Shown here: piece by piece, positions 12,380 through 25,763 of the stretch | Layout of the letters: every line of letters starts with the position of its first letter | Position numbering within the stretch: the stretch's first letter is position 1 | Assembly (NCBI GenBank): GCA_964016885.1 | Contig: OZ024755.1 | Coordinates: 33,356,001 to 33,420,000 of the forward strand | DNA from: Eledone cirrhosa | Lineage: Eukaryota | Length of the DNA: 64,000 bases | Reading direction: 5' to 3' | Notes under the pieces: model-generated | Told to the model about the DNA's origin: nothing | Databases searched by the model: none | Seen by the model: only the letters and a program-made list of their open reading frames with translations | Program-made: the position numbers and the translations under genes

Positions 12380-12540
12380 ATCATCATCATCATCATCGTT
12401 TAACATCCATCTTCCACGCTACCATGGGTTAGATGGGTTTGTCGCATTTAGCAGCAACTTGAGTCGGGTCACCGTGCCTTGCTCATACAGGACTGTTTCT
12501 GGTTGGTTTTCTACAGCTAGATGCCCTTCCTAGTGCCAAA
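12380..12540 (-). mobile_element. RTE/SINE-A 3' tail fragment
   Basis: (CAT)n-CGTTTAACATCCATCTTCCACGCTACCATGGGTTAGATGG...GATGCCCTTCCTA. Confidence 0.8.
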
Positions 12541-12597
12541 TATATATAAGGGTCAGATATTCATTTTGTGTTTGGAAAATAAGGGATTATATATATA

Positions 12598-13045
12598 GGC
12601 GCATGGCTTAGTGGTTAGAGCATTGGAGTTGCAATCGAAAGGTTGTGAGTTCAATTCTCGGACCGGGTGATGTGTTGTTTCCTATAGCAAGACACTTTAT
12701 TTTACATTGCTCCAGTTTACTCAGCTGTAGATATGAGATGATAGGACTGGGGTGCCTATCATTCCACTGCAAAGTGGTCGTGTAGGTGCCACGGCAAAAA
12801 AGCACTCAGCTCACACTGTAAAGTGGATGTGTAGGTGCCACGGAAAAAAAAGCACCCAGCCCACACTGTAAATGAGGTTGGTGTTAGGAAGGGCATCCGG
12901 CTGTAGAAATCAAGCCAGAATCAGTTCCTGTATGAGCAAGACAAGGTCAGCCAACCGGACACTGCCCACAACAGGACAACCCGTCTAACCCATGTTAGCG
13001 TGGAAGAACAGACCTAAAACGGTAATGATGATGATGATGATGATG
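12598..13045 (+). mobile_element. SINE family A, full length: tRNA-like head, CORE-like body, RTE-derived 3' tail, (GAT)n
   Basis: A-box TGGCTTAGTGG, B-box GAGTTCAATTC and body gcaagacactttat...tgctccagtttactcagctg. The tail is homologous to the RTE 3' UTR at 19493-19755. Confidence 0.85.
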
Positions 13046-13274
13046 TATAAGAGTTAGATATCATTTGGGTTTTGGAAATAACTAGAAATATTTTACTGCA
13101 AGATTCAATAGAATGTGACATAACGTAATGTATTGTTAATTCATTGATAGTCTGAGTATGAATAAACTTCAAACATTAACTAGCATCAGTTTAGACTATT
13201 TTCTTACTACTGGCTTCTTACTCATACTAAACATTTATAGAAACTAATCATATTCACCCATTTACTCTCCACAA

Positions 13275-14610
13275 TGACCAACACTACTGATGCCACAGCT
13301 GACACTACCACCACTACCTCCAGAGCTGACACCACCACTACAGCTGACACTACCACCACTACGGCTGACACTACCACCACTACCTCCAGAGCTGACTACC
13401 TCCACCACTACAGCTGACACTACCACCACTACGGCTGACACTACCACCACTACCTCCAGATTTGACTACCTCCACCACTACAGCTGACACTACCACCACT
13501 ACGGCTGACACTACCACCACTACGGCTGACACTACCACCACTACCTCCAGAGCTGACTACCTCCACCACTACAGCTGACACTACCACCACTACGGCTGAC
13601 ACTACCACCACTACCTCCAGAGCTGACTACCTCCACCACTACAGCTGACACTACCACCACTACGGCTGACACTACCACCACTACGGCTGACACTACCACC
13701 ACTACGGCTGACACTACCACCACTACCTCCAGAGCTGACTACCTCCACCACTACAGCTGACACTACCACCACTACGGCTGACACTACCACCACTACGGCT
13801 GACACTACCACCACTACCTCCAGAGCTGACTACCTCCACCACTACAGCTGACACTACCACCACTACGGCTGACACTACCACCACTACGGCTGACACTACC
13901 ACCACTACCTCCAGAGCTGACTACCTCCACCACTACAGCTGACACTACCACCACTACGGCTGACACTACCACCACTACCTCCAGAGCTGACTACCTCCAC
14001 CACTACAGCTGACACTACCACGGCTGACACTACCACCACTACCTCCAGAGCTGACTACCTCCACCACTACAGCTGACACTACCACCACTACGGCTGACAC
14101 TACCACCACTACCTCCAGAGCTGACTACCTCCACCACTACAGCTGACACTACCACCACTACGGCTGACACTACCACCACTACCTCCAGAGCTGACTACCT
14201 CCACCACTACAGCTGACACTACCACGGCTGACACTACCACCACTACCTCCAGAGCTGACTACCTCCACCACTACAGCTGACACTACCACCACTACGGCTG
14301 ACACTACCACCACTACCTCCAGAGCTGACTACCTCCACCACTACAGCTGACACTACCACGGCTGACACTACCACCACTACGGCTGACACTACCACCTATA
14401 CCTCCAGAGCTGACACCACCACTACAGCTGACACTACCACCACTACCACCACTACAGCTGACACTACCACCACTACCTCCAGAGCTGACACCACCACTAC
14501 GGCTGACACTACCACCACTACGGCTGACACTACCACCACTACGGCTGACACTACCACCACTACCTCCAGAGCTGACTACTTCCACCACTACAGCTGAGAC
14601 CACCACCAGC
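13275..14610. repeat. 21-27-bp CAC-rich minisatellite with higher-order structure
   Basis: Units gctgacactaccaccactacg, gctgacactaccaccactacctccaga and gctgactacctccaccactaca recur in a set order. Confidence 0.95.
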
Positions 14611-15202
14611 ACCTATACCACCACTACCAACACAGCTGACACCAGCACTACCAGCACCACCATCAGCACCTCAACCACCACTACCACCTCTACCACCACC
14701 ACCTCTGCCACCACCAGCACCACCACCACCACTACCACCATCACCACCACCACCACCACCACCACCACCACCACCACTACCACCATCACCACCGCCACCA
14801 TCACCACCACTACCACCTCCACTACCACCATCAACACCACCACCACCACCACCACCACCACCACCACTACCACCATCACCACCGCCACCATCACCACCAC
14901 TACCACCTCCACCACCACCACCACTACCACCATCACCTCCACCACCACCACTACCACCATCACCTCCACCACCACTACCACCACAGCTGACACCACCACT
15001 ACCACCACCACCACCACCACCACCACCACCACTACCACCATCACCTCCACCACCACCGCCACCTCCACCACCACCACCACTACCACCATCACCTCCACCA
15101 CTACCACCATCACCTCCACCATCACCTCCACCACCACCACTACCACCATCACCTCCACCACCACTACCACCACAGCTGACACCACCACTACCACCAGCAC
15201 CA
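14611..15202. repeat. Degenerate (ACC)n tract
   Basis: Read directly. Confidence 0.9.
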
Positions 15203-15877
15203 ATTTTATTTATTTATTATATTATTTACAATTTGCGTGAAGGAAAATCTCTCTGGGGAGCGGGGCGTACTGAGGGTATTATATGGCCGTGAGGGTGGGG
15301 AAGTGGCCCAAACAGTCTGAGATCCTCTGCTCTATGATGTAGCAGTTTGTTGAAGATGTTTACTTTGCAACCACATGGTTCCAGTTTCAATCCTAGTTCA
15401 CAACACCTTTTTTACACACACGATCAGTTTTAAAAAGCCTGCTAAATCAACACAACACTGAGTTATCTATAGTGCAAATCTCAAACTCTAATTAGTTCAC
15501 TAATTTACGAAATTACTTTATTTCTCAATAAACTCCAGCATTCATTAGAACTTTGCTGTTAATTTTCCAAGCTAATCTTTATCTGTAAATCTCAATCAAT
15601 TTCTACCATGTACATGATTGCCTCCATAGAAATTAATAAAAGGGCTTAACAACACTAGTAGAACAGTTCAATAAAATATCTGGCATCAAATTTTACCTCA
15701 CTGCAATAGAGTTCAAATTCCAAAGTTAATAAAGAAAAAAAATTGTCAAATAATATAAATGATATTTGACAATCTAACAACCAATTTTTGGCAGACAAGA
15801 AAAATAAGCCCCTTGCTTGTTAACACATGCACGCACGCACGCACGCGCACACACACACAGCAACAACAACAACAACA

Positions 15878-15995
15878 ATGTTGTCCTGATTGTCATAGGA
15901 GCACTAGGTACTATCTCAAAGAGTTTGTTTTTTGGAACACTTCAAAACAGCAAGAACCTTCCAATATGTACTGAATATCTGAGGCTGCAGGTAGT
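15878..15995 (+). pseudogene. Short R4/Dong-like RLE 3' fragment (same family as 36888-37125)
   Basis: VVLIVIGALGTISKS; DNA is near-identical to 36945-37108 with deletions. Follows (CAA)n. Confidence 0.6.
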
Positions 15996-16486
15996 GAGAA
16001 ATACTACACTTATCCCAAAATTTTACTTTCCTTCGTTTTTAACAACACTCTTTAATAACATCTAATTCTTATTTATCACATTCATATGAATTAATATAAA
16101 TTTATCCCTATAAGTATACCTATCAATTAATTTAATTTCTTGTTATAGATCTAGATTCCTTGTGGTTTAAATAAGATTGGTATTTCTCACTAATACCCTT
16201 ACCCTAAAATTTTATTTTCCTTCGTTTTAACATTATTCTATAATAACATCAAATTTTCATGTACCCTTCACTGGCTTGACCTCTTTTCATCCCCAAAGTA
16301 TTCTTTTCATTCAAAGTATTCTGTTCATTCAAAACAAAAGTCTGCACTCGTCGACCCCTAAATTAAATTTCTACTACCACTATTCTATCAACTTGACCTC
16401 TAACTACTTTTCTATTGGTCAATTCAAAACCTGTTCCCAAACAGACTTTTTATATTAAATCTGGTTTTTTTCAATAAATAAATCTC

Positions 16487-16619
16487 ATCATTTCTGAAGA
16501 CGGCATGTATATGTGAAGGTATGTATATTTCCTCTGATAATTTGTAATATTTTTACATAGATCTATATGATATACATACCAACACACATAATACATCCTA
16601 GAAACGATCGTAAAATGAT
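16487..16619 (+). ncRNA. Type I hammerhead-ribozyme-like motif (Penelope-element style)
   Basis: Stem I ATCATTT/AAATGAT, core CTGAAGA (16494-16500), long stem II, GAAA (16601-16604), palindromic stem III CGATCG, then TA. Confidence 0.55.
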
Positions 16620-16789
16620 TAATCTTTTAATATAAGGAACTTGTTCTTTGTTTATATTTCATTGTTTTTATTAATTTATCTTGATTTTTATCGAACATTT
16701 TTGAATGCATCTTCTCTTTTCATGATATTTGGATTACATTGAGTTCTTCATACGGATTGGACACTACCGTATATTTTGGTAGATTTATC

Positions 16790-16821
<32 letters not shown>

Positions 16822-17367
16822 CTGTTTTCAAAAATTGTAGTGGTCTGGGAAAAGAAGTCAATAACTGTGTCATTAATGTCAAAATTAGCCCAAACCTCCA
16901 AAAATTTAACCTGATAAAAATCTACCTTGGTAACTACTGCTCAAGTATAACCCCAGGGTAGCTCTGATTAAGAAGAACATTATTGATGGTGATACTTTAA
17001 TCATCTCTTACTTGACACCTACCTAATATGATAACTCGTCTTCCATACCTGGATAACTCCTATAACAAGTTGGTTATCTTCCAAATTGATCATTACACAC
17101 TTGCCACTACAAGGAGATTTCTATGTCTCTTCACATCATTAATACATCACCAACACATTGGAGTATAATTGGTAAGGTATTGTCAGTCATATTCTTGACA
17201 TCAAATATTAACTGACATTATATTTCCTGTTTTTTCTTCCAGCAACAAAACACTAATAATTTAAAATAACAGTTATGAATTATTGAATGGGATACAGCTT
17301 GTAACACCCTAAACTTCATGTATTAATGGGTACTGTGTATCTTTCTCTCTCTCTCTTTCTTTCCCAG

Positions 17368-17399
<32 letters not shown>

Positions 17400-17674
17400 G
17401 TGAAAGAGTGAAGAATAACATGGTCAACAGTACAAAAAGGGGTTTTATTTACAGTCTGACAATTGTTTCACTGATTAAGTTGTCTAAAAATTGCTGAACA
17501 CTTGAAGCAGTGCCACTCAATTTTAAATACGTTGTTTAGCTTAACCAGATCATCGCCAGATCATCGTCAAACAACGCCGTACGCTAAAACTATCCATAAT
17601 ACGAAGTATTCACAACCTCTAACTGGATTACCTATAACGATATTTTGTTATCCCTTATACATATATATATATAT

Positions 17675-17869
17675 AACGAAGGAAATGTGGTAAGGAACCA
17701 GATGGACCATAACGCACCAAAGTACTCAATAATTAGGGTAGTAGAGTGGGTAATAGGCACAAGTATGACCCCGACGGCAGAGCTCAAGCCGTTTCGACAG
17801 CTAATTCTGGGCTAGAATTAGCCGTCGAAACAGCTTCAGCTCTGCCGTTGGGGTCATACTTGTTCCTAT
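17675..17869 (+). mobile_element. Second copy of the hairpin-terminated element
   Basis: Collinear with 613-806; hairpin at 17753-17869. Confidence 0.8.
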
Positions 17870-17883
17870 ATATATATATATAT

Positions 17884-18035
17884 GTATCGTCACCATTATC
17901 GTTTAATGTATATCTTCCACGCTAGCATGGGTTAGACGGGAATTGTCCCACTTGAGGCAAGATTGATCGGGTGACCATATCTCGCTCGTATAGGACTATC
18001 TGGCAGGTTTTCTACGGCTGGATGCCCTTCCTAAC

Positions 18036-18036
<1 letters not shown>
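17884..18036 (-). mobile_element. RTE 3' tail fragment
   Basis: cgtttaatgtatatcttccacgctagcatgggttagacggg...ggatgcccttcctaac. Confidence 0.8.
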
Positions 18037-18088
<52 letters not shown>

Positions 18089-18373
18089 TATACATATTTA
18101 TTCTTTTTCCTTTCCTTCTTCCTTTGGACACACTAGAAGAGGGAGACCTACGTTGACAATATATAAACAACCATCTGGTTGTGGAACCAACCAACCAACT
18201 GGAAATTTATAAATTGCTAAATTTATAAATTTATTATAATAAATTGAAGTAAAAGCAACTGGTGCGTGTGTTTCTTATTGGCAACATGACCCTCCCAAAA
18301 TATAACAATATCGGTTTCAACACATGTTTTCAGATAAAGAATCTTGCTAAACAAATTCAGAAACTAGATATAG

Positions 18374-18412
<39 letters not shown>

Positions 18413-18566
18413 TATAGATATAGATACATATACATATATATAGATACATATACATATATATAGATATAGATACATATACATATATATAGATATAGATACA
18501 TATACATATATATATACATATATATAGATATAGATACATATACATATATATAGATATATATATATA

Positions 18567-18666
18567 GGAAATTGTTAAACATTTTCCTAATACCCACTCT
18601 ACTACCCTAAATATTGAGTACTCTGGTGTGTTATGCTCCATCTGGTTCCTTACCTCACTTCCTTTG
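18567..18666 (-). mobile_element. Hairpin-less partial copy of the 613-806 element
   Basis: Reverse complement aaaggaagtgaggtaaggaaccagatggagcataacacaccagagtactcaatatttagggtagtagagtgggtattagg. Confidence 0.75.
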
Positions 18667-19492
18667 TATATATATATAAATACATAGGAATATATATATA
18701 TATAAATACATAGGAATATATATATATAAATACATAGGAAAATATATATATATATATATAAATATACATAGGAATATATATATATATCTCTATATATATA
18801 TAAATACATAGGAAAATATATATATAAATACATAGGAATATATATATATATTAGAAGGAATAAATAGGAAAGTTCTTTCTGTTCATCTCTCTGGATTATA
18901 CAACATCAAAAACAAGTGGATTTCTTCCTTAATGTCTTCCCATAGCAGATCAAAAACTAACCCTCAGAGAACATCAATAATTTCTCGATTATAGTTTAAT
19001 GTTTAAAGATGGTAAAATCTTAATGAAATCAAATGAAAGTTCAGATATTATGTACTCTTTTGAAAAGCTTTCATATTCGTAAAATACAATTCACTCTAAT
19101 ATTATATATAAACTAGTAGCTACCAATATCCTTTCTATATTCTGATTCTATTTGAGCAGAAGATAATCTTAGTCAAATTTATTATGTGAAAGAAAATATT
19201 TGTTTAATCACAGCTTCTAAATATACCTTTATCTCATTCTTGTATATGTGTGTATGTCTATGCACATATGTATATATGAAAGTAAATGTGTATGTACATA
19301 TATGTATGTGTGCATGCATGCAATAACATCCATAAATGCACACACACAGAGAAACACATACAGGCATACATACATATTTACCATGTTGATGTCTAAATTC
19401 CAATGAAAGAGTCTATGTTAGAAACCAGCTTTCACTCAATTGGTGAACATTTATAAGATAATAAAACCAGGTGTATGCATGTGTGTGTATAT

Positions 19493-22400
19493 ATCATCAT
19501 CATCATCATCATCGTTTAACATCCATCTTCCATTCTAGCATGGGTTAGATGGGAGTTGTTCCAATTTGAGGCAAGGTTGGTCGGGTGACCGTGTCTCACT
19601 CATATAGAACTATCTGGCAGGTTTTCTATGGTTGGATGCCCTTCCTAACACCAACCACATTTACAGTGTGGACTGGGAACTGTTTACCGTGTTACCTACA
19701 CGGCCACATTACAGTGTGGACTGTGTGTTTTTTGTAGTGACACCTACACGATCTCGATCTCATTATCTCATTTATTTGGACTGGATGTTGTGGTACCAAC
19801 TTTACAGAGAGAGGGTGGTGTTGGTGGGAGTGGGAAGATGGAGTAGGGGTAGTGGATTGGTGTGTATGTTTGGTTAAGAGGTACCTACTGACTGTAGGTT
19901 TCGCTTTGTAAATAGGCAAGGCGGGTCTTCTGTATTACTGTGTGACACCAAAGATCTCGGTCCAGTGACATTGTCTTAGAGAGGTGCAAGTGTGTAAGGT
20001 CGGAATTTATCAAATCATCCCAGGTATTTCTAGGTCTACCTACTCCATAACTTCCATCAATTTTGATCACCCTGCACTTTTTTATACAGCTGTCGTCTTT
20101 CATGCACACCACGTGACCATACCAACATAGTCTTCTCTTAAGTAAATAGCATCTGATCCCTCTTATTCCTAATTTCTCACTTAGTTCATTTATGTTTTGC
20201 CGTTCATGTATATTACTATTACACATCCAACGGAGCATGCTTGCTTCGTTCCTCTCCAGTCTGAGCAGATCCTCTGCATGCAATGCCCATGTCCCACTGC
20301 CATGTAACATTGCTGTTCGTATACAGGCATCATACAATCTACCTTTCATCTTTAGAGAGAAACCTTTTGTGGCCAACAGCAGTATAAGCTTGCTGAACTT
20401 TTTCCATCTCGTTCTGACTCTGGCTACTGTACTTTCAAAGCACCTACCACCACTACTGATTTTGTCACCCAGATAACGGAAAGTGTCCACTATTTCTATA
20501 GAACCATCTGGGCAATAGAAGGAGCTAGTATCTTGTGGGCACTTGCTACTTATTGCACCTGAGCATCGGCCACATATAATATCTACATTCTTAGATAGTT
20601 TACCTGTGATCCCACTACATCTTTTATGTACCCATAGTTTGCATTTGGGACATAAAATGGAATTTCTACCTATTCCTTTCCTACACACTGAGCATGGCCA
20701 TTTCCTAGAGGGCACCTGTGCCCTATTTTCCTTTCTACAAACTAGAACTTTAGTCTTAGACAAATTAACTTTAAGGCCTTTTGATTCTAGGCCATGCTTC
20801 CATGTTTGGAATTTCTTCTGTAGTTCAGCCATAGATTCAGCTATGAGAGTTAGATCATCTATGTATAGGAGTTCCCATGGGCAGGCGGTCTTAAACTCCT
20901 CTGTTATAGCCTGAAGGGCAATTATAAATAGGAGGGGGCTAAGGACAGAGCCTTGATGAACACCAACTTTTACACTAAATTTTTCACTATATTCATTGTT
21001 AATTCTAAACTTACTGACTGTTTCTTTATACATGGCTTGTATAGCTCTCACAAGCCATTCATCTACACCTAGTTTTCTAAGAGCCTACCAGATAATGGAG
21101 TGGGGGACTCTATCAAAGGCTTTCTCCAGGACTACAAAAGCTAAGTAGAGGGGTTTACTTTTAGCTAGGTACTTCTCCTGTAGTTGTCGTACAAGGAAAA
21201 GAGCGTATGTGGTACTTTTACCTGACACAAACCCAAACTGCGTTTCATCTAGATCAATTCGTTCTCTGATTAGTTGCGCTATAACTCTTTCTGTGACCTT
21301 CATGACCTGGTCAACTAACTTAATGCCTCTATAGTTTTGTCTATCTAAAGCATCCCCTTTACCTTTGTAGCAGTTTATAATGATGCTGCTATGCCAGTCG
21401 TTTGGTATTCCCCCATTCTGTATTATTTGGTTTACTATACGGGTGACCATACTATGTCCCACCATTCCAGATGCTTTCAACATCTCAGCAACTATCTCTG
21501 AAGGTCCAGCTGCCTTGCCTGTCTTCATATCGTTGATTGCCTTACTTATTATACTACCTTTAACTTGCACCGCTGGTCCTTCTATTGGATCGATTTGGGG
21601 CAGACTAACTTTTTCCCATTTATTCTCCTCATTTAGTAGTCTCACTTCCAAGCTACCTTCTTATCAGTATCAGTGAGCGCAAGTACACCATTATCATTAC
21701 GGATACACTTCTCTCCGACAATATCACGGTTTTCCTTGACACATTGCCTAGCAATCCTGAACACCTCACGTTTTTGTCCCTCATGTTGTAGAACGTGCTT
21801 GAACTTTCTATCCTCTGCTTCCCTTTTTGCAAGGTACACTTGTCTCCTAGCTTCTCTCTTGGCCACTTGATAGTGTTCTCTACTTATCTTGCCATACTTT
21901 CCAAGCCTGCTTTTTGGCCTTGATTATCTCCTCCACCTTACTGTTCCACCATCAAGTTACTCTCCTCCTGCCAATAGGTCTGCTCCAGCCACAGATTTCA
22001 TCCGTCCCTTTCAGCAGGTTCACTTTCACGAATTCCCACAGTTCCTCTATATTGTACGTCTCTAATTGCTCTTCCTTATTGACAAAGGTATCAAGTAATC
22101 AGCTTTTAAATTTGTTACTGCTTGTGGGGTCCTTCAACTTCCATACTCTTCTTCTCAAGGTAGTCCTCCTCTGCCGTCGAGTACGTCTATTCCTGACTAT
22201 GAGGTCACTAACTACTAGGCTATGTTGGGTGGTGCATTCTTCACGGGGGAGGAATTTAGTGCTTACAACAGACACTCTATCATGCCTTCTGGTAAGGATA
22301 TAATCTATCTGATTGGCGTGTTCCCCTGATCTATAGGTGGTCAAGTGATTTTCTCATTTTTTGAAGTTTGTGTTACAGATAGTTAGGTTATTAGTGTCAC

Positions 22401-23330
22401 AGAATTCCAGGATTCTAAAGCCTTCCTCATTTCTATTACCAAACCCATAGCCTCCATGGATTCCATCATAGCCATGACTATGTTGTCCAATGTGAGCGTA
22501 ATTAAGTAGTCGCTGTCGGTTATTTGGGAGGTAGTGTGCATTAGCGACTCATAGAACCTGTCTTTTATAACTTCAGGTAGACCAGATTGGGGTGCATAAG
22601 TGGATATTATTGTCACAGTAGTTCTATTTAGAACTAGTCTTATTTTAATTATTCTGTTGTTCACTCTATTTACGGCAATTACCTTATCTACCCATTTTTT
22701 AGTTAACTTAATTCCTACTCCACCCAGTCCGTTGTCATTTCCCACCCAGAAAAGATTATAGCATCTTTTTTTTACCCACAATGAATCTAGCAGACCCACC
22801 TCTCCACCTAGTCTCTTGAACACAACAAACATTAACTTCTTTACGTTCAAGCATCTCTACAGCCTCATTTGAGGGACCTTTCAATGTGCCTACATTCATG
22901 GTACCAACTCTGAAGTTGGGAGGATGGGATGGATGGGTTGGAGGGGCAGGGAGGGGTGTGGCAGACAGAATTATTTTGGTCATCCATGTCTGAAATAAAG
23001 AGGGGTCGTTGCATTCTCGTCCTGCAGCGGGAGGAAAAATTTATCTTTATCTGTGACATTGTCATTGAGTGTTCAGACTTTCCAAATTCCGCAGTCCACC
23101 TATCAAACCGAAAATCAAAGAGGTCTAAACTTAAGGAGTAGTAACCGAGATAGTAGCTTTGCTATACAGATTTGTAAGAGAACTTACTATAAACAGCTGA
23201 GTTATGATTGGACCATAAAGCAATGGTGGTGTGCGGGGCTGGGAGGGCAGGAAATGGGTAACCCTTAGGAGAAGGTTAGTTTTTAGGAAGGGTCCAAACA
23301 GAAGGAGGCATATTATTAAAAACATGTAAA
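19493..23330 (-). mobile_element. Near full-length decayed RTE-clade LINE (5' boundary approximate)
   Basis: Single disrupted ORF with APE endonuclease and RT, a ~390-bp 3' UTR and a (GAT)n tail at 19493-19513. Confidence 0.93.
19885..23065 (-). pseudogene. RTE ORF (APE endonuclease, reverse transcriptase, PHD-like finger) with an in-frame stop and several frameshifts
   Basis: APE motifs GTMNVGTL, VCCVQETRW, TYAPQ, NQIDYIL, TQHSLVV. RT motifs NYRGIKL, QFGFV, EKAFDRV, GVHQGSVLSPLLF, LLYIDDL, FRYLG. In-frame TAG at 21085-21087. Confidence 0.93.
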
Positions 23331-25019
23331 ATATTAATTGAAAATCTGAGAGAAAAAGGAATAATTTGAATTCTAGACTGGCATAAATAGAAGTTTAAAA
23401 CATTGCTCAAGTGGACTCCGGAGTAAAAGGAAAGACAGGTTAAATAGATAAATTCTGGCCTTAGAACCCTGCAAGTTTTATTTCATACTTGCGGGCAGAA
23501 GGGGGGAACAGGGAGGTGAGAAGCATAAATAGAAGTTTAAAACACTGCTCCTCAAATGGTCTATGGAAAAAAAAAATGGAAAGACAAGTGTTTTGCTTAC
23601 ATTTCTCAAATCGACAGATCGTCCATAAAGAGAGATTATATATATATATATATATGTGGGTGTATATATGTGTGTGTATGTGTATATATATGCGTATGCA
23701 TGTGTGTGTATATATGTGTATGCATGTGTATATATGTGTGGGTGTGTGTATGTGTGTGTGTATGTGTGTGTGGGTGTGTGTGTATATATATATATATGTG
23801 ATGATATGTGTGAGTATGTGTGTGTGTATGTATGTAATATATATGGACTGTAAATATATTTACATAAAGGGAAGTGAATATGTGAGCTAGCATGCTCCTC
23901 CCCCCCACTTCCTCCCCAAACCAAACCAATATCAACAACATAAATTTTTGACAAATGTTCCAAAACTATCCTCCTTTTCTCCTTTTACTGTCATCCCATT
24001 CTTATCAAAAGACATGTATCATACACCTCATTAAAATTCACCACCACCATGACGCACCTAAATTCATCTTTGATATAAACATTTGTAGAAGATATTCTTT
24101 ATAAATTTAAGAGAGTTGATTCAGCTATAAGAAACGAATTTGAAAAACACTCTGCCAATATATACTGATCAAAGGTCATCCAATGAAATAAAACCAGCAG
24201 GAGGGGATGTTTACAACAACCCTCTCAAAGGCCCTTATCTTGATGTCAACCTCACCATTTTCTGAGTGTATATATGTGTGTGCGTGTGTGCGTGCGTGTA
24301 TTCTTTAATTCCTTCAAATCTTCATCAACACTCATTAACACCACACCCCAGACACATCCAAATCTCTCTTATATAGTCACACATCACAACACAACCTGAC
24401 CTCAGTTTGACAATCGCCACCAACGAATGTGAGAAAGTTCTCCAACAAAGTTAACCAGGAATCTTTAAAATTCTTCCCACCGAAGTTAACAAAGAACTTA
24501 CTAGATCTACCAACTCATAATATTATAATATTATAAAATTAAATCAAATTATTTAACACTACAAGTGAAGTCATTCTTTTCTTTTTTTTCAAATATACCT
24601 AACTGTACCAAGGATCTCACACATTTTCCTATATATATATATACATATATATTGTAGAATAATCGAGAATCGGAATATCAGCCCTCGAAATCACGATAAA
24701 CAATATCCGATATATGTGGCAGAGGGCTCAATAATTTGGAAAAATCAGAGCTATAACTATCGTTAAAATACCAACACATAGAGGTCATGCCTAAAATCAC
24801 CCGTGCAGCCGAAAATAAACGACCAGGAAGATTCGGGTCACTCAAATAAAATATCAATAAATTAATAAATTAAATGAATGTAAAACTTACCCGGACCCGC
24901 TAGAAGGATGTTAAATTCTAGCTTTTTGGGTTTCTGCAGTTCCTTAATCTGAACACCATCAGCCCAATATATATACATATATATACATATATATGTACAT
25001 ATATATACATATATGTGAA

Positions 25020-25234
25020 GGCGTGTGGCTGAGTGGTTAGAGAACTGGATTCGCAATCGTGAGGTTGTGAGTTCGATTCCTCGACCGGGCGATGCGTTAT
25101 GTCCTTGAGCAAGACACTTTATTTCGCGTTGCTCCTTCTACCTGGAGTTGCGACCGATAGATAGTATTAGCAATTGGAAAGTCCAATGGAAACACTGTTT
25201 CCTCAGTCCGATTTGACGAAAGTCGATTGTTAGG

Positions 25235-25235
<1 letters not shown>
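25020..25235 (+). mobile_element. SINE family A variant with a different 3' region
   Basis: tRNA-like head plus tgtccttgagcaagacactttat. The 3' part ctacctggagttgc...ggaaacactgtttcc recurs at 45305-45430. Confidence 0.75.
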
Positions 25236-25291
<56 letters not shown>

Positions 25292-25763
25292 CATCATCAT
25301 CATCATCATTTAACGTCTATCTTCCACGCTAGCATGGGCTTAGACATATATATATATACACACATATATATACACACACACACGTGTGTGTGTGTGTGTA
25401 TATATATATAGGACACATATTCATATTATTTTTTTGTTCTCGTTTCTTCTGGTAGTTCTATATCTGACTGTTGTATATATTTCAATGGCTGCTGTTTCTC
25501 TGTCAACATCCTAACCAAAGCTACTTGAGCAACAATTATATAAGAACAAATAAAGCAAACAGAAATAAGAAAACAACCAAAAAAAAAGCATAAAGATACA
25601 AACAACAATAAAATATAACACAGCCATATTTGAAACATTTAAAATAATTGGATTTAATGTTTCGAAACTTAATTAGGTGGTGTTGGGGGAGGAGCTGTGG
25701 GGATAGTAGCTTCTTTTGTAGTTAGATTGTTGTTTGCAAACAGTAGTTCTGCAGTAAATGGTT

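Noticed and set aside
24925-24970. Hammerhead-like CTGATGG...GAAAC on the minus strand (similar case at 18305-18335)
   Set aside because: The core is mutated and stems I and III are missing.
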